A program made the translations under genes and the position numbers. A DNA stretch of 64,000 nt from Pseudorhodoplanes sp. GTDB taxonomy: Bacteria; Pseudomonadota; Alphaproteobacteria; Rhizobiales; Xanthobacteraceae. Under the pieces are notes generated by a model. That model made no database searches and was not told the origin of the DNA. It worked only from the letters and a program-made list of their open reading frames with translations. Below, piece after piece: positions 9,105-19,541 of the stretch (the stretch's first letter is position 1; every line of letters begins with the position of its first letter). The stretch is taken from positions 20,035 through 84,034 of the forward strand of contig JALHOD010000014.1 in the NCBI GenBank assembly GCA_022843165.1. Reading direction: 5' to 3'.

Positions 9105-9773
9105 ATGAGGAGCGGGGCGATGCTGGCCGTGGCCGTCGATAATATCGACACTATTGAGAACGCCGACGATATCACATTCGTGGATCGCCGCAGCGTCAGC
9201 ACGACCGCTAGCATAGCCGGGCGTTACAGTCTCGCGAACAAGCGCAATGCGCGCGGCGAACGGCGGGAATTCGCCTGCCGCACGGTCAGCATCTCACCGG
9301 AAGCGATCGCGCTCGCCGCGCCGATCAAGGGCGCGATCGGGGACCGGGTCATCACGCATTTCGACGACTTCGGGCGGCTGGAGGGTCAGGTCGTCCGGCT
9401 GATCAATGGCGGATTCGTCATGAGCATCACGCTGGCCGACGACCGGCGTGCCCGGCTGGCGGCCAAGATCGACTGGCTCGACAAGCACAAGCATTACAGG
9501 CTGCCGGACGACCGGCTGCACAAGCGGATCATTCCGAAGAATCCGCATTCCACCGTGCTGCTGGCGGACGGAGAAACGCTGGGATGTTTTGTGATCGACA
9601 TGTCGGTGTCGGGCGTCGCGGTCTCCGCCGACATCACTCCGGCGCTCGGGGATGTGCTCGCGGTCGGCAAGGTCATCGGCCGCGTGGTGCGCCTGTTCCC
9701 GGAAGGTTTTGCGCTGCGCTTCATCGAATTGCAGAATCCCGACCTGCTGGAGCAGTGGCTGATCCAGTCGTGA
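9105..9773 (+). CDS. PilZ domain protein
   Basis: Two PilZ-like halves (RRSVSTTA...GRYSL and HKRIIPKNP...DMSVSGVAV). An RBS gaggag lies 8 nt upstream of ATG 9105. Confidence 0.65.
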   Translation: MRSGAMLAVAVDNIDTIENADDITFVDRRSVSTTASIAGRYSLANKRNARGERREFACRTVSISPEAIALAAPIKGAIGDRVITHFDDFGRLEGQVVRLINGGFVMSITLADDRRARLAAKIDWLDKHKHYRLPDDRLHKRIIPKNPHSTVLLADGETLGCFVIDMSVSGVAVSADITPALGDVLAVGKVIGRVVRLFPEGFALRFIELQNPDLLEQWLIQS

Positions 9774-9892
9774 CCTGACGCGCCGAACAGGCTTCCGGGC
9801 GCAGAACCCATCGACACGCATTCCGCCCGGGTTCGTACCGCCCCCCATCGGGCCGGATAGTCGGGGCCATGGCTGGGGCCAGGGCGAAGGCA

Positions 9893-9925
9893 GCGCTCCG
9901 TGCCGCTTTTTTTGTCCTGTGCGGC
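9893..9925 (+). terminator. Weak possible terminator after the PilZ gene
   Basis: Short imperfect GC stem (ggca...tgcc) followed by gcttttttt. Confidence 0.35.
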
Positions 9926-9994
9926 CCCTTATTTCCGCCCAAACCGGCATGCTAAGCGATGGTATTGTCGCCCCTCGGAAAGACCCCGCCAGCC

Positions 9995-11986
9995 ATGTTC
10001 CGGCCTGTTCTCACCGCTCTGATCCTGGCCTTTGCCGGTCCTGCGCTGGCGCAGAACGCCGCGCCGCCCGCCGCCGTGCCGGGCCAGCCGGCGGCCGTCA
10101 CCGCCGCGCCCTTCCGTATCGAATGGGAAGTGAAGAACCGCTTCCGGCTGTTCAAGACCGAGGCCGATTTCCAGCGCCATGTCGCGGCCTCCCGCGGCGA
10201 CGGCGTGCTGGCCGCCGAGCAGCGCCTGGCGCGCGCGAGCGACGGCCGCGGCTGGGCGCGCGACATGGTGGACAATCTCTGCGTCGACCAGTCCGGCCGC
10301 ATTCCGGAATTCTGCCAGCGCGACGGCGAGCGAGAGAATTATGTGGTGCCGGCCGATCATCCGATCGGCGTGGTGGCGGCCGGCGCATTGCCGCCGCAGG
10401 CGGTCTGCGCCTGGACCTTCGATGACGGCCAGGGTGCGCCGCGGCAGGTGACGACGCCTTGCGAGGAGGAAGTGCGGCTGCGCGTGCGCGCCGGCAAGCC
10501 GACCACCGCCGCGCTCGATGTCGGCCTGCCCGACGGCACCGCACAGCGCGTGGTCGCCGATATTCTGGTGAAGGACATGCTGATCGCCGGCATGGGGGAT
10601 TCCATCGCCGCCGGCGAAGGCAATCCCGACCGTCCGGTGGCGCTGGATGACGGCGGCTTCTGCTTCCGCCGCTTTCTCGCCGGCAGCACGAGCGAATATT
10701 TCCGTCCCGGCCGCGCCAATTTCAAGGGCAGCAAGGCCTGCGACGCCAGCCTCTCCTCGGCGCTCGGCAACACCGCCGCCGACTGGGCCAAGCTGAATGC
10801 GCGCTGGTGGAGCGCCACCTGCCACCGTTCGCTCTATGGCTATCAGCTGCGCGCGGCGCTGGCGCTGGCGGTCGAGCAGCCGCACACAGCTGTCACCTTC
10901 CTGCCGCTGGCCTGTTCCGGCAGCACCATCGATCTCGGATTTTTCAATGCGCTGCGCGCACGCGAATGCCCGGCCACCGGCGCTTGCGTGACCAACAATC
11001 CTTCGCAGATGTCGCGGCTGAAGGAGGCCATGGATCTCGCGCGCAAGCACGACAAGGAGCGCAAGCTCGATCTCATCATGCTGACCATCGGCGCGAACGA
11101 CATCTGGTTCGCGGGACTGGTGGCCGACGTCATCATCGAAGCCTCGACCGAGCGCACGCTGTTCGCTAAGGGCGGCATGATCATCGACGTACCGGACGCA
11201 CAGAAAATTCTCGACAACGACCTGCCCGGCGATTTCGCCAGGCTGCGCGCGGCGCTGAAGCCATATGTGGGCGGCGATCTCTCGCGTGTCGTGTACGTGA
11301 CTTACGGCAATCCGGCGCTTGCCAATGGCGGCCAGGTCTGTCCCGGCGGCCGCAGCGGGTTCGATGTGCATCCGGCCTTCAACGCCGATCCCGCAAGGCT
11401 GCGCAAGGTGGCCGATTTCGTCACCGAGAAATTCCTCCCGCGCATGCGCGCGCTGGCGCTTTGCGAGGGCAAGGCCTGCAAGGATGCCGCCACCGAGCGC
11501 ATGACCTTCGTGGATTCGCATCAGGACCAATTCGCGGATCACGGCTTCTGCGCGCGCGCCGACACCGATCCAGCCTTCGACCGCGCCTGCTTCTCCGAAA
11601 AGGGCGAGAGCTTCGAAAGCAATCCGGCCGAAGCCGCGATCGAGCCCCTGCGCTGCAATTACCGCGCCCGCGATTTCCGCGCCTATGCGCCGCGTGCGCG
11701 CTGGGTGCGCACCGCCAATGACAGCTATTTTACCGCCATGACTTTCCCGGAAGGGATTTCCCCGGCGCTGCAGCCGAGCGACCTGCACGACGCCACCTGG
11801 GGTGCCACCAGCGCGGTCTATGGCGGCGCCGTCCACCCGACGGCGGAAGGCCATGCCGCTATGGCCGACGCCGCCCTGCCCGCGTTGCGCGGCCTGCTCG
11901 AACTGCCAACGCCGCAGCAGATCCGCGCCGAACCGCTGCCGCCGCTGCAGATGCCGGCGCAGGCGGCGCCGGCCATAACGCGATAA
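9995..11986 (+). CDS. Secreted Cys-rich SGNH/GDSL-type hydrolase, 663 aa
   Basis: Signal peptide MFRPVLTALILAFAGPALA. SGNH block I GMGDSIAAGEG, block III TIGANDIWF, block V VHPTAEGH. Confidence 0.75.
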   Translation: MFRPVLTALILAFAGPALAQNAAPPAAVPGQPAAVTAAPFRIEWEVKNRFRLFKTEADFQRHVAASRGDGVLAAEQRLARASDGRGWARDMVDNLCVDQSGRIPEFCQRDGERENYVVPADHPIGVVAAGALPPQAVCAWTFDDGQGAPRQVTTPCEEEVRLRVRAGKPTTAALDVGLPDGTAQRVVADILVKDMLIAGMGDSIAAGEGNPDRPVALDDGGFCFRRFLAGSTSEYFRPGRANFKGSKACDASLSSALGNTAADWAKLNARWWSATCHRSLYGYQLRAALALAVEQPHTAVTFLPLACSGSTIDLGFFNALRARECPATGACVTNNPSQMSRLKEAMDLARKHDKERKLDLIMLTIGANDIWFAGLVADVIIEASTERTLFAKGGMIIDVPDAQKILDNDLPGDFARLRAALKPYVGGDLSRVVYVTYGNPALANGGQVCPGGRSGFDVHPAFNADPARLRKVADFVTEKFLPRMRALALCEGKACKDAATERMTFVDSHQDQFADHGFCARADTDPAFDRACFSEKGESFESNPAEAAIEPLRCNYRARDFRAYAPRARWVRTANDSYFTAMTFPEGISPALQPSDLHDATWGATSAVYGGAVHPTAEGHAAMADAALPALRGLLELPTPQQIRAEPLPPLQMPAQAAPAITR

Positions 11987-12082
11987 GCGATCATCGCAGC
12001 GAAAACGGGCCGCCCTCGGCGCCTAGTCCTGGTGATCATTGCGCCGGGATCGCGAACCGCGCGCCGCGAATCCAAGACGGAG

Positions 12083-13443
<1,361 letters not shown>

Positions 13444-13552
13444 GAATGGGGTGCGGCTGACGGGAAATGCCGGCCGGACGACCGACATCGCACCCTATAT
13501 AGGCTCGCAAGGAACGGCGCCAGCCGTCCCCGTCACGACGGCCATGAGAGGA

Positions 13553-13936
13553 TCAGTGTGCCCGCAGCAGTTCGGCGATCGTCACCCGGACATCGCCGAC
13601 GGCAAGCGTGAGGCGGGCCATGGCGCGCGCCATGCCGGCCGGATCGGCGGCATGCGCCGAGGTTTCGACTTCGTCGGCGGCCTGCGCGACATGCCAGGCG
13701 CCAATGCCCTGGGCAGAGCCCTTCAGGGTATGGGCATAGGCGGCAATCGCGGAGGGCGCGGCATCGCGCATGCGGACCACCAGCATGTCGGCCTGGCGTT
13801 CGAACAGACGCAAAACTTCGCGCTCGAGCTCGCGCTCGCCGAGCGTCATGCGGGACAAATGGTCGAGATCAATCGGCCGGTCGACCGGCGACAGCGGCGG
13901 CGCGGCAATGGGATCAATGAGACCCAACTCGATCAT
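13553..13936 (-). CDS. Stand-alone Hpt (histidine phosphotransfer) domain protein
   Basis: AYAHTLKGSAQGIG phospho-His motif. An RBS gggagg lies 7 nt upstream of ATG 13936. Confidence 0.75.
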   Translation of the reverse strand: MIELGLIDPIAAPPLSPVDRPIDLDHLSRMTLGERELEREVLRLFERQADMLVVRMRDAAPSAIAAYAHTLKGSAQGIGAWHVAQAADEVETSAHAADPAGMARAMARLTLAVGDVRVTIAELLRAH

Positions 13937-14136
13937 AGACAAACCTCCCGGAGGCTCTCCGTCCCCTCTAATGACCAAGTTTGGCACCGGATCGGCCAAA
14001 GCAGGGTAAATGGAAGGCCGGGTTCGTCTCCGAACCGCAAGCCAACCACGCGCACGGTTAATCAAGTCCTAAAATCCTGATCCGTTCCGGGGGCCGAAAC
14101 TGGTAGGGTAAGAGCCTTCAGGCACAGAGGACAAAG

Positions 14137-14394
14137 GTGCGCGATCTCGCCAATCTCATGATCTACACGGCGACCGACGGCCAGAGCTGGATCGCGGCCA
14201 GTTCCTCGTCGCCGTTTTTCTGTCTGGAAGCAGGCTCCGAACGCGAGGCGCTCGCCCTCGCCGCGCGCGCGCTGCGCTTTCATCAGGCGGTCGCGGCGCG
14301 CGCGGCCCAGAACCAGGGACGCGAACGGCAATTTCCCGGCTATACGATCCAGAACAGGGTCTCGGCGCGGGAACTGGCCATCGCGTATTGGTGA
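14137..14394 (+). CDS. Hypothetical small protein (weak DUF1902/HicB-N-like look)
   Basis: GTG 14137 or ATG 14158. Its TGA stop shares one nt with the ATG of the next ORF (tgATG at 14392-14396). Confidence 0.4.
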   Translation: MRDLANLMIYTATDGQSWIAASSSSPFFCLEAGSEREALALAARALRFHQAVAARAAQNQGRERQFPGYTIQNRVSARELAIAYW

Positions 14395-14609
14395 TGTCCC
14401 ATTACGTCGAGATCCAGGGGATCTACGAGGAATTTCTGGAGTTTGCCGGCTACGTGCTGGTCGACGAGGACGACGAATTCCAGCTTTTCGTGAGAAACGG
14501 CCAAGAATATCTCCTGCCCAAAAGCGGCCTGCGCTTCCTCCAGGTGGACCATGCCAATGACGCCGACCTGCGGCAATCCCGCCGCCGGGTCGTCCAGATT
14601 CCGCGCTAA
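14394..14609 (+). CDS. Hypothetical acidic small protein
   Basis: ATG 14394 overlaps the upstream stop. 71 aa, sequence MSHYVEIQGIYEEFLEFAGYVLVDEDDEF. Confidence 0.4.
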   Translation: MSHYVEIQGIYEEFLEFAGYVLVDEDDEFQLFVRNGQEYLLPKSGLRFLQVDHANDADLRQSRRRVVQIPR

Positions 14610-14681
14610 ACGGAAACCCGGCCGGGCCGGACTACGCAAATACCGTCGCTGGGCAGGCCGGACCGCCAAAGTTAACGATGA

Positions 14682-14696
14682 TTAAAATCAGCTTAA
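14682..14696 (+). promoter_or_regulatory. CtrA-box-like motif TTAA-N7-TTAA
   Basis: ttaaaatcagcttaa sits about 185 nt upstream of ATG 14881 in a locally AT-rich patch. A third TTAA lies at 14672-14675. Confidence 0.3.
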
Positions 14697-14880
14697 GAAC
14701 CGCAGTTCTCATCAAAAAGACCAGCGGGTAGGATGTGCGGCCAGCCGATGGATTTGGCCGGCGATCAGATCTGACGAATCTCGGGGGCTTCTGCCAAGCG
14801 CGCTCAATGCGGCCGATCTTGTTTTTGCGCGTGCGGTCTGCAGTCCTGGACAATTTATGTAAAGTGAGGCGGCGAAGGAC

Positions 14881-17800
14881 ATGGCAAACACACCCAGGAA
14901 GGCCAAGGATCCGACCGAGGCGGCGATGGCGGCGATTCAGGATGCCCTGAATGTCCGCGACGCCGGCGAGATGAAGGTCCGGCCGGCACCGGCCGCGCCG
15001 CGCCCGCCCGCAGCCCCCGTCGCCCCTGCCGCGCCCGCCATTACGGCCTCCCCCTCGATGCGCGCCTCCCAGCCGTCCAAGGCCGCGGAAGACGACCTTT
15101 TCGATGCCGGTCGCGTCACCGCCGGCGAACCCGGCCGTCCCGCCAACGACGACTGGAAGCCGGTCGGGGAATTGCTGCAATCGATGCAGCCGCGCGCCGC
15201 GCGCAACACCTATCTGATGGCCGCCGCCGGATCGGCGCTCTGGTGCGCCGCCGCCGCGGTCTTCCTCTCCAATTACCTGCCCGATCTGCGCGCCAATTTC
15301 GGCCCCGCGATCTTCTCGCTCGCCGCCATCTTCATCCTGCCGGTCTCGCTGTTCTTTGTGCTCGCGAACATGATCAACCGTTCGCGCGAGATGCGCCACA
15401 TCGCGCAATCCATGGCGGAAGTCGCCATGCGGCTGGCCGAGCCGGAAACCGTCGCGCGTGAATCGATCGTGACGGTCGGCCAGGCCATCCGCCGGGAAGT
15501 CGCGGCGATGGGCGACGGCGTGGAGCGCGTGCTGGCGCGCGCCGCCGAACTCGAATCCATGGTGCAGAACGAAGTGTCCGCACTCGAACGCGCCTATAGC
15601 GACAACGAGGCGCGCATCCGCGGGCTGCTCGACGATCTCGGCCGTCAGCGCGACAATCTGGTCGGCCAGGCCGAACAGGTGCGCGACGCCATCGCGGGCG
15701 TGCATCTCAATCTCAACCAGGACATCACCGGCATCAGCGATCTGGTCGCGGCCCAGGTGAACGACGCCGCATTGCAGATCACCAGCAACCTGGCGGAAAA
15801 AGGCGAGCACATCACGCTGGCGCTTGGTCGCGCCGGCGACACCATGATGGACGCGCTTGGCGAGCGCGGCGGCGACCTGCTGCAGCGACTGGAACGCACC
15901 AGCCTCGAGACCACCGCGACCATCGCGCAGGTCACCGACCGGCTGCAATCCTCCATCGAAACCGCTTCGGTCCAGACCACTGCCTCGATCTCGGATATTG
16001 CCGAGCGGCTCAGTTCGACCATCGAAAACTCCTCGCTCCAGACCACGGCCGCCATTGCGGAAGCCGCCGGACGCCTGAACGAGGTGATGGACGCCTCCTC
16101 CTCGCAGCTCACCTCAAATCTGAATTTCAAGGCCGATCACATCGCCGAGGAATTCGACGTGCTGTCGGCCAATCTCGCCGAGATGATGCAGTTGCGCCTG
16201 GCCAACGTCACCAACGACTTTGCCCACCGCTCCGGCTCGATCATCGAGATGATGTCGGAACGCGCCGAGCAGATCACGGTCGGCTTCATCACCCAGTCGG
16301 AGCAGATCGGGACCGCGCTTACCGACCGGTCCGAGCAGATCACCGGCAACCTGAATGAGCGCACCGAGCAGTTGACCAGCAGCCTGGACGAACACACCGA
16401 ACGGCTGACCACCACCATCGCGGAACGCTCGCAGCAGATCACCGAAGGGCTGATCGACTTGTCGAGCCGGGCGGCGGAGGCCATCGCCAGCCGCGGCGAC
16501 GAGATCAATACGACCATCAAGACCACCGGCGATTCTCTGGTTCTGGACCTCGGCCTGCGCGGCGAGGATTTCGCCAACAAGGTCGAGCAGACCGCCAAGT
16601 CGATCCACCAGACGATCGAAGGCCGCCTGCAATCCTTCGAGGAACTGTTCAGCCATGGCGGGGCCCAGCTCGCCGAAAAGGTGGGCAACGAATCCTCGAT
16701 GCTCGGCAATCTCATCACCCGCCATCTCGGCGAATTCGACCGCACCGTCAAAACCTATGGCGGCGAACTGGTGGAACGCATCGGCGAGCGCACCGAGAAC
16801 ATCACCGCATCCCTGCAGGCCCATATCGAGAATTTCGACGGCCGCATCGCCTCCAAGACCGAGCAATTCGCCGGCACGCTCGACCAGCGGCTCGATCGCT
16901 TCCAGGAAGCGCTCGACGGCCGCACCCAGTCGCTCAACGAGGCGCTGGCCAGCCGCATCACCGATGTCGCCAAGACGGTGGCCGAAAGCGGCCGGGAGGT
17001 CGTCTCCGCCATCAGCACGCGCTCGGTGGAGATCACCGGCGAACTCGAGGGGCGCATGACCCGGTTCGAGGAATTGCTGCTGGGCCGCACCGGCGAGGCC
17101 GCGCAGGAAATCGAGAATCGCGGCAAGACCGCGGCCGACGCGATCAGCGCCTCGACCGATCAGCTGCGCAGCTCCACGCAGGACCTGGAACGCATGCTCG
17201 CCAGCGCGACGGCCAACGCCAGCAACGTGCTGTCCGGCGCCTCCACCGGCATCACCAACGCACTCAAGCAGAATGCCAACGACGTGGAGCGCACGCTGCT
17301 CTCGGTCGCGGCGGAACTGACGCGGGTCTTCAACCTCAACTCCTCGCCGCTGCTTGAATCGCTCACCGGCAAGGCGCAGGCCTTCTCGGCCGAGATCGAC
17401 CGCGCCGCCGGCGAAGCGGTCAAGGCGATCGAGAGCAAGGGCTTCGACTTCACCCGCACCATGCTGGACAATTCGGGCGAACTGGCCCGCCTCATCAACG
17501 AGGCCGGCGAAAACGCCACCGGCAAGGTCAACGACACCTTCAAGGGCCTGCAGGACACCGCCAAGACGGCGATCGAGCAGTCGCAGCAAGCGGCCTCCGC
17601 TGCGGTCGCGGACATGATGGACGTGCACAACAAGCTGCGCAGCGAATCCGGCGGCCTGTTCGAGCGTCTGCGCGAAGCCAACCTCCTGCTGCAGGAGGTT
17701 CTGTCCGGCGCGCACGAGAACATGCATGCCCTGGAGAGCTCGCTCGGCACCCGCCTCGCCGAGTTCTCCACCGTGGTCAGCGACATCACGGCGCGCACCG

Positions 17801-19215
17801 GCGCCGCGACCGACAGCGTGCATGTGCATCTCGATGCATTCCGCAGCGAGACCGCGCGCGTTCTGGAAAACCTGTCGGAACTCGCGACGCAATTCGACTC
17901 GCATGGCCGCGTGCTGGTCGAGGCGGTCGATATCGTTGAGAAGAGCAACCGCCGCACGGAAGATTCGGTCAACGATCGCCGGGCCACGATCGACGCGCTG
18001 GTCGCAACGCTCGACATGAAGACCGAGGATCTCGACCAGCGTCTGACCCGCTTCGCCACCCTGCTCGAGGATTCGATGGAAGGCGCCACCACCCGGGCGC
18101 GCGAGATCGGTCGCATGATCGCGGAAACGAGTTCGCAAGGCACACAGACCATCACCGAGCAATTCGAGATGGTTCGGCAGAGCACCGAAGAGGAGCGCGC
18201 CCGCACCATCGACACGATGCGGACGGTCTACGAACAGGCGACCAGCGAAGCGCACAACATGCTGCGCGATTCCTCGGAACGGTTCACCGAATTGCTGCAA
18301 GGCATGCGCGACATGGCGGCCGAGATGCAACGCGAGATGGACCAGACCCGCAGCGAATTGCGCCGTGGCATCCTCGAATTGCCGCAGGAGACCGCGGAGA
18401 ATGCCGCGCAGATGCGCCGCGTGATCGTCGATCAGATCGAGGCTCTGGCCGAGCTCAACCGCATCGTGGCGCGCCACGGCCGCAATATCGAAACCGCCGC
18501 CGATACGCGCCGCACCAGCGAACCCATGCTGGCTGTGGTGGGCGGACGCGCGGAAGCGCCGGTGCGACCGGCCCGTCCGGCCGATCTGCCGCCGGCGCCC
18601 CCGCCCGGCCCGATGGCCGGCGCTCCGCTGCCGCCGGTCCCGCCCGCTCCGGCTGCCCGCCGCACCGACATGCCGCCGCATGCCGCTCCGGCCGCTCCCG
18701 CCCAGAATCCGGCCGGCGGCTGGCTGACCGACCTGCTGCACCGCGCCGGTGATGACGAGCCAGCCGCCGCGCAGCGTGAACGCGCCCCGGTTCCGCCGCC
18801 CGCCCCGCGCGGACGCGCACCCGAGCGTCCGCGCCCGGATGCCCGCATGGACGATCGCATGCCGCGGGTCTCGATCGAGTCGCTGGACGCGCTCTCGGTC
18901 GACATCGCCCGCATGATCGACCACAACGCCGCCGCGGATATGTGGGAGCGCTACAATCGCGGCGAGCGCAAGGTGTTCGGACGGCAGCTCTATACGCCGC
19001 ACGGCCAGCGCGCATTCGACGACATCCGCGGCCGCTACCGCGCCAACCGCGATTTCCGCCAGACCGTGGATCGCTATATCGGCGAATTCGAACGACTGCT
19101 CGACGAAGTCTCGCGCGACGAGCGCGGCGGCCAGCAGATGGTTCGCACCTATCTGACCTCGGAAACCGGCAAGGTCTACACCATGCTGGCGCACGCGGCC
19201 GGCCGCTTCGACTGA
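14881..19215 (+). CDS. Giant membrane-anchored repeat protein (1444 aa), GPR/RgsE-like polar growth candidate
   Basis: Pro/Ala-rich N-terminus, two TM helices (about aa 110-165), about 1000 aa of 11/22-residue amphipathic repeats, a Pro-rich linker, and a conserved-looking C-terminal domain ERYNRGERKVFGRQLYT...YTMLAHAAGRFD. RBS gaagga. Confidence 0.8.
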   Translation: MANTPRKAKDPTEAAMAAIQDALNVRDAGEMKVRPAPAAPRPPAAPVAPAAPAITASPSMRASQPSKAAEDDLFDAGRVTAGEPGRPANDDWKPVGELLQSMQPRAARNTYLMAAAGSALWCAAAAVFLSNYLPDLRANFGPAIFSLAAIFILPVSLFFVLANMINRSREMRHIAQSMAEVAMRLAEPETVARESIVTVGQAIRREVAAMGDGVERVLARAAELESMVQNEVSALERAYSDNEARIRGLLDDLGRQRDNLVGQAEQVRDAIAGVHLNLNQDITGISDLVAAQVNDAALQITSNLAEKGEHITLALGRAGDTMMDALGERGGDLLQRLERTSLETTATIAQVTDRLQSSIETASVQTTASISDIAERLSSTIENSSLQTTAAIAEAAGRLNEVMDASSSQLTSNLNFKADHIAEEFDVLSANLAEMMQLRLANVTNDFAHRSGSIIEMMSERAEQITVGFITQSEQIGTALTDRSEQITGNLNERTEQLTSSLDEHTERLTTTIAERSQQITEGLIDLSSRAAEAIASRGDEINTTIKTTGDSLVLDLGLRGEDFANKVEQTAKSIHQTIEGRLQSFEELFSHGGAQLAEKVGNESSMLGNLITRHLGEFDRTVKTYGGELVERIGERTENITASLQAHIENFDGRIASKTEQFAGTLDQRLDRFQEALDGRTQSLNEALASRITDVAKTVAESGREVVSAISTRSVEITGELEGRMTRFEELLLGRTGEAAQEIENRGKTAADAISASTDQLRSSTQDLERMLASATANASNVLSGASTGITNALKQNANDVERTLLSVAAELTRVFNLNSSPLLESLTGKAQAFSAEIDRAAGEAVKAIESKGFDFTRTMLDNSGELARLINEAGENATGKVNDTFKGLQDTAKTAIEQSQQAASAAVADMMDVHNKLRSESGGLFERLREANLLLQEVLSGAHENMHALESSLGTRLAEFSTVVSDITARTGAATDSVHVHLDAFRSETARVLENLSELATQFDSHGRVLVEAVDIVEKSNRRTEDSVNDRRATIDALVATLDMKTEDLDQRLTRFATLLEDSMEGATTRAREIGRMIAETSSQGTQTITEQFEMVRQSTEEERARTIDTMRTVYEQATSEAHNMLRDSSERFTELLQGMRDMAAEMQREMDQTRSELRRGILELPQETAENAAQMRRVIVDQIEALAELNRIVARHGRNIETAADTRRTSEPMLAVVGGRAEAPVRPARPADLPPAPPPGPMAGAPLPPVPPAPAARRTDMPPHAAPAAPAQNPAGGWLTDLLHRAGDDEPAAAQRERAPVPPPAPRGRAPERPRPDARMDDRMPRVSIESLDALSVDIARMIDHNAAADMWERYNRGERKVFGRQLYTPHGQRAFDDIRGRYRANRDFRQTVDRYIGEFERLLDEVSRDERGGQQMVRTYLTSETGKVYTMLAHAAGRFD
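15889..16518 (+). repeat. In-frame 66-bp (22-aa) and 33-bp (11-aa) tandem repeats inside the giant gene
   Basis: Four 66-bp units at 15889-16152 (for example IETASVQTTASISDIAERLSST / IENSSLQTTAAIAEAAGRLNEV). Eight 33-bp units at 16255-16518 (SERAEQITVGF ITQSEQIGTAL TDRSEQITGNL NERTEQLTSSL DEHTERLTTTI AERSQQITEGL ...). Confidence 0.8.
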
Positions 19216-19236
19216 GCCATCAACGCATGACGTGAG

Positions 19237-19266
19237 AAAGGGCGCGCGCAGGCGCGCCCTTTTTAT
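19237..19266 (+). terminator. Rho-independent terminator
   Basis: 11-bp perfect stem aaagggcgcgc / gcgcgcccttt, loop gcag, then a T-run, 22 nt after the stop. Confidence 0.8.
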
Positions 19267-19385
19267 TGCGCGCGCCAGACGGCCGGAGCCATGCCCATCC
19301 CCCGCCGGAAACGGCGGAAGCCGCAATCGAGCTCAATCATCAATACGGGCGCGCGCGTGACGCACATCGGCGATGACGGCCGTAA

Positions 19386-19541
19386 CCTTGTCAGCATGCC
19401 GCCGCGATCAGGGCGGGCGGCCGCGACAACGGCAAACCGGGCGTCAGCGCGGACGACGGCGAGGGATATGACGCGGCCTTTGTGGTCGATCCCGACGACT
19501 GCCGGATCGAGGCGTATTGCGCCGCCAGCCGGTCCGCGTGC
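19386..19541 (+). pseudogene. Remnant of a VOC (glyoxalase/bleomycin-resistance fold) gene, C-terminal half only
   Basis: The frame after TAA 19383-19385 reads HAAAIRAGGRDNGKPGVSADDGEGYDAAFVVDPDDCRIEAYC. This matches the usual VOC C-terminus (FHAAA..AGG.DNG.PG....Y.A.V.DPDGN.IEAVC). There is no intact N-terminal half, and the frame runs into mlaD antisense. Confidence 0.45.

Noticed and set aside
9929-11854. 641-aa ORF antisense to the SGNH hydrolase gene
   Set aside because: The same high-GC antisense artefact. The plus-strand frame carries a signal peptide and all SGNH blocks.
16114-19326. 1070-aa ORF antisense to the giant repeat gene
   Set aside because: It is Arg/Gly/Ala-rich low-complexity translation with no motifs. 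It is fully antisense to a gene with strong protein-like periodicity, an RBS and a terminator. Long stop-free antisense frames are expected at about 65% GC with GC-rich third positions.
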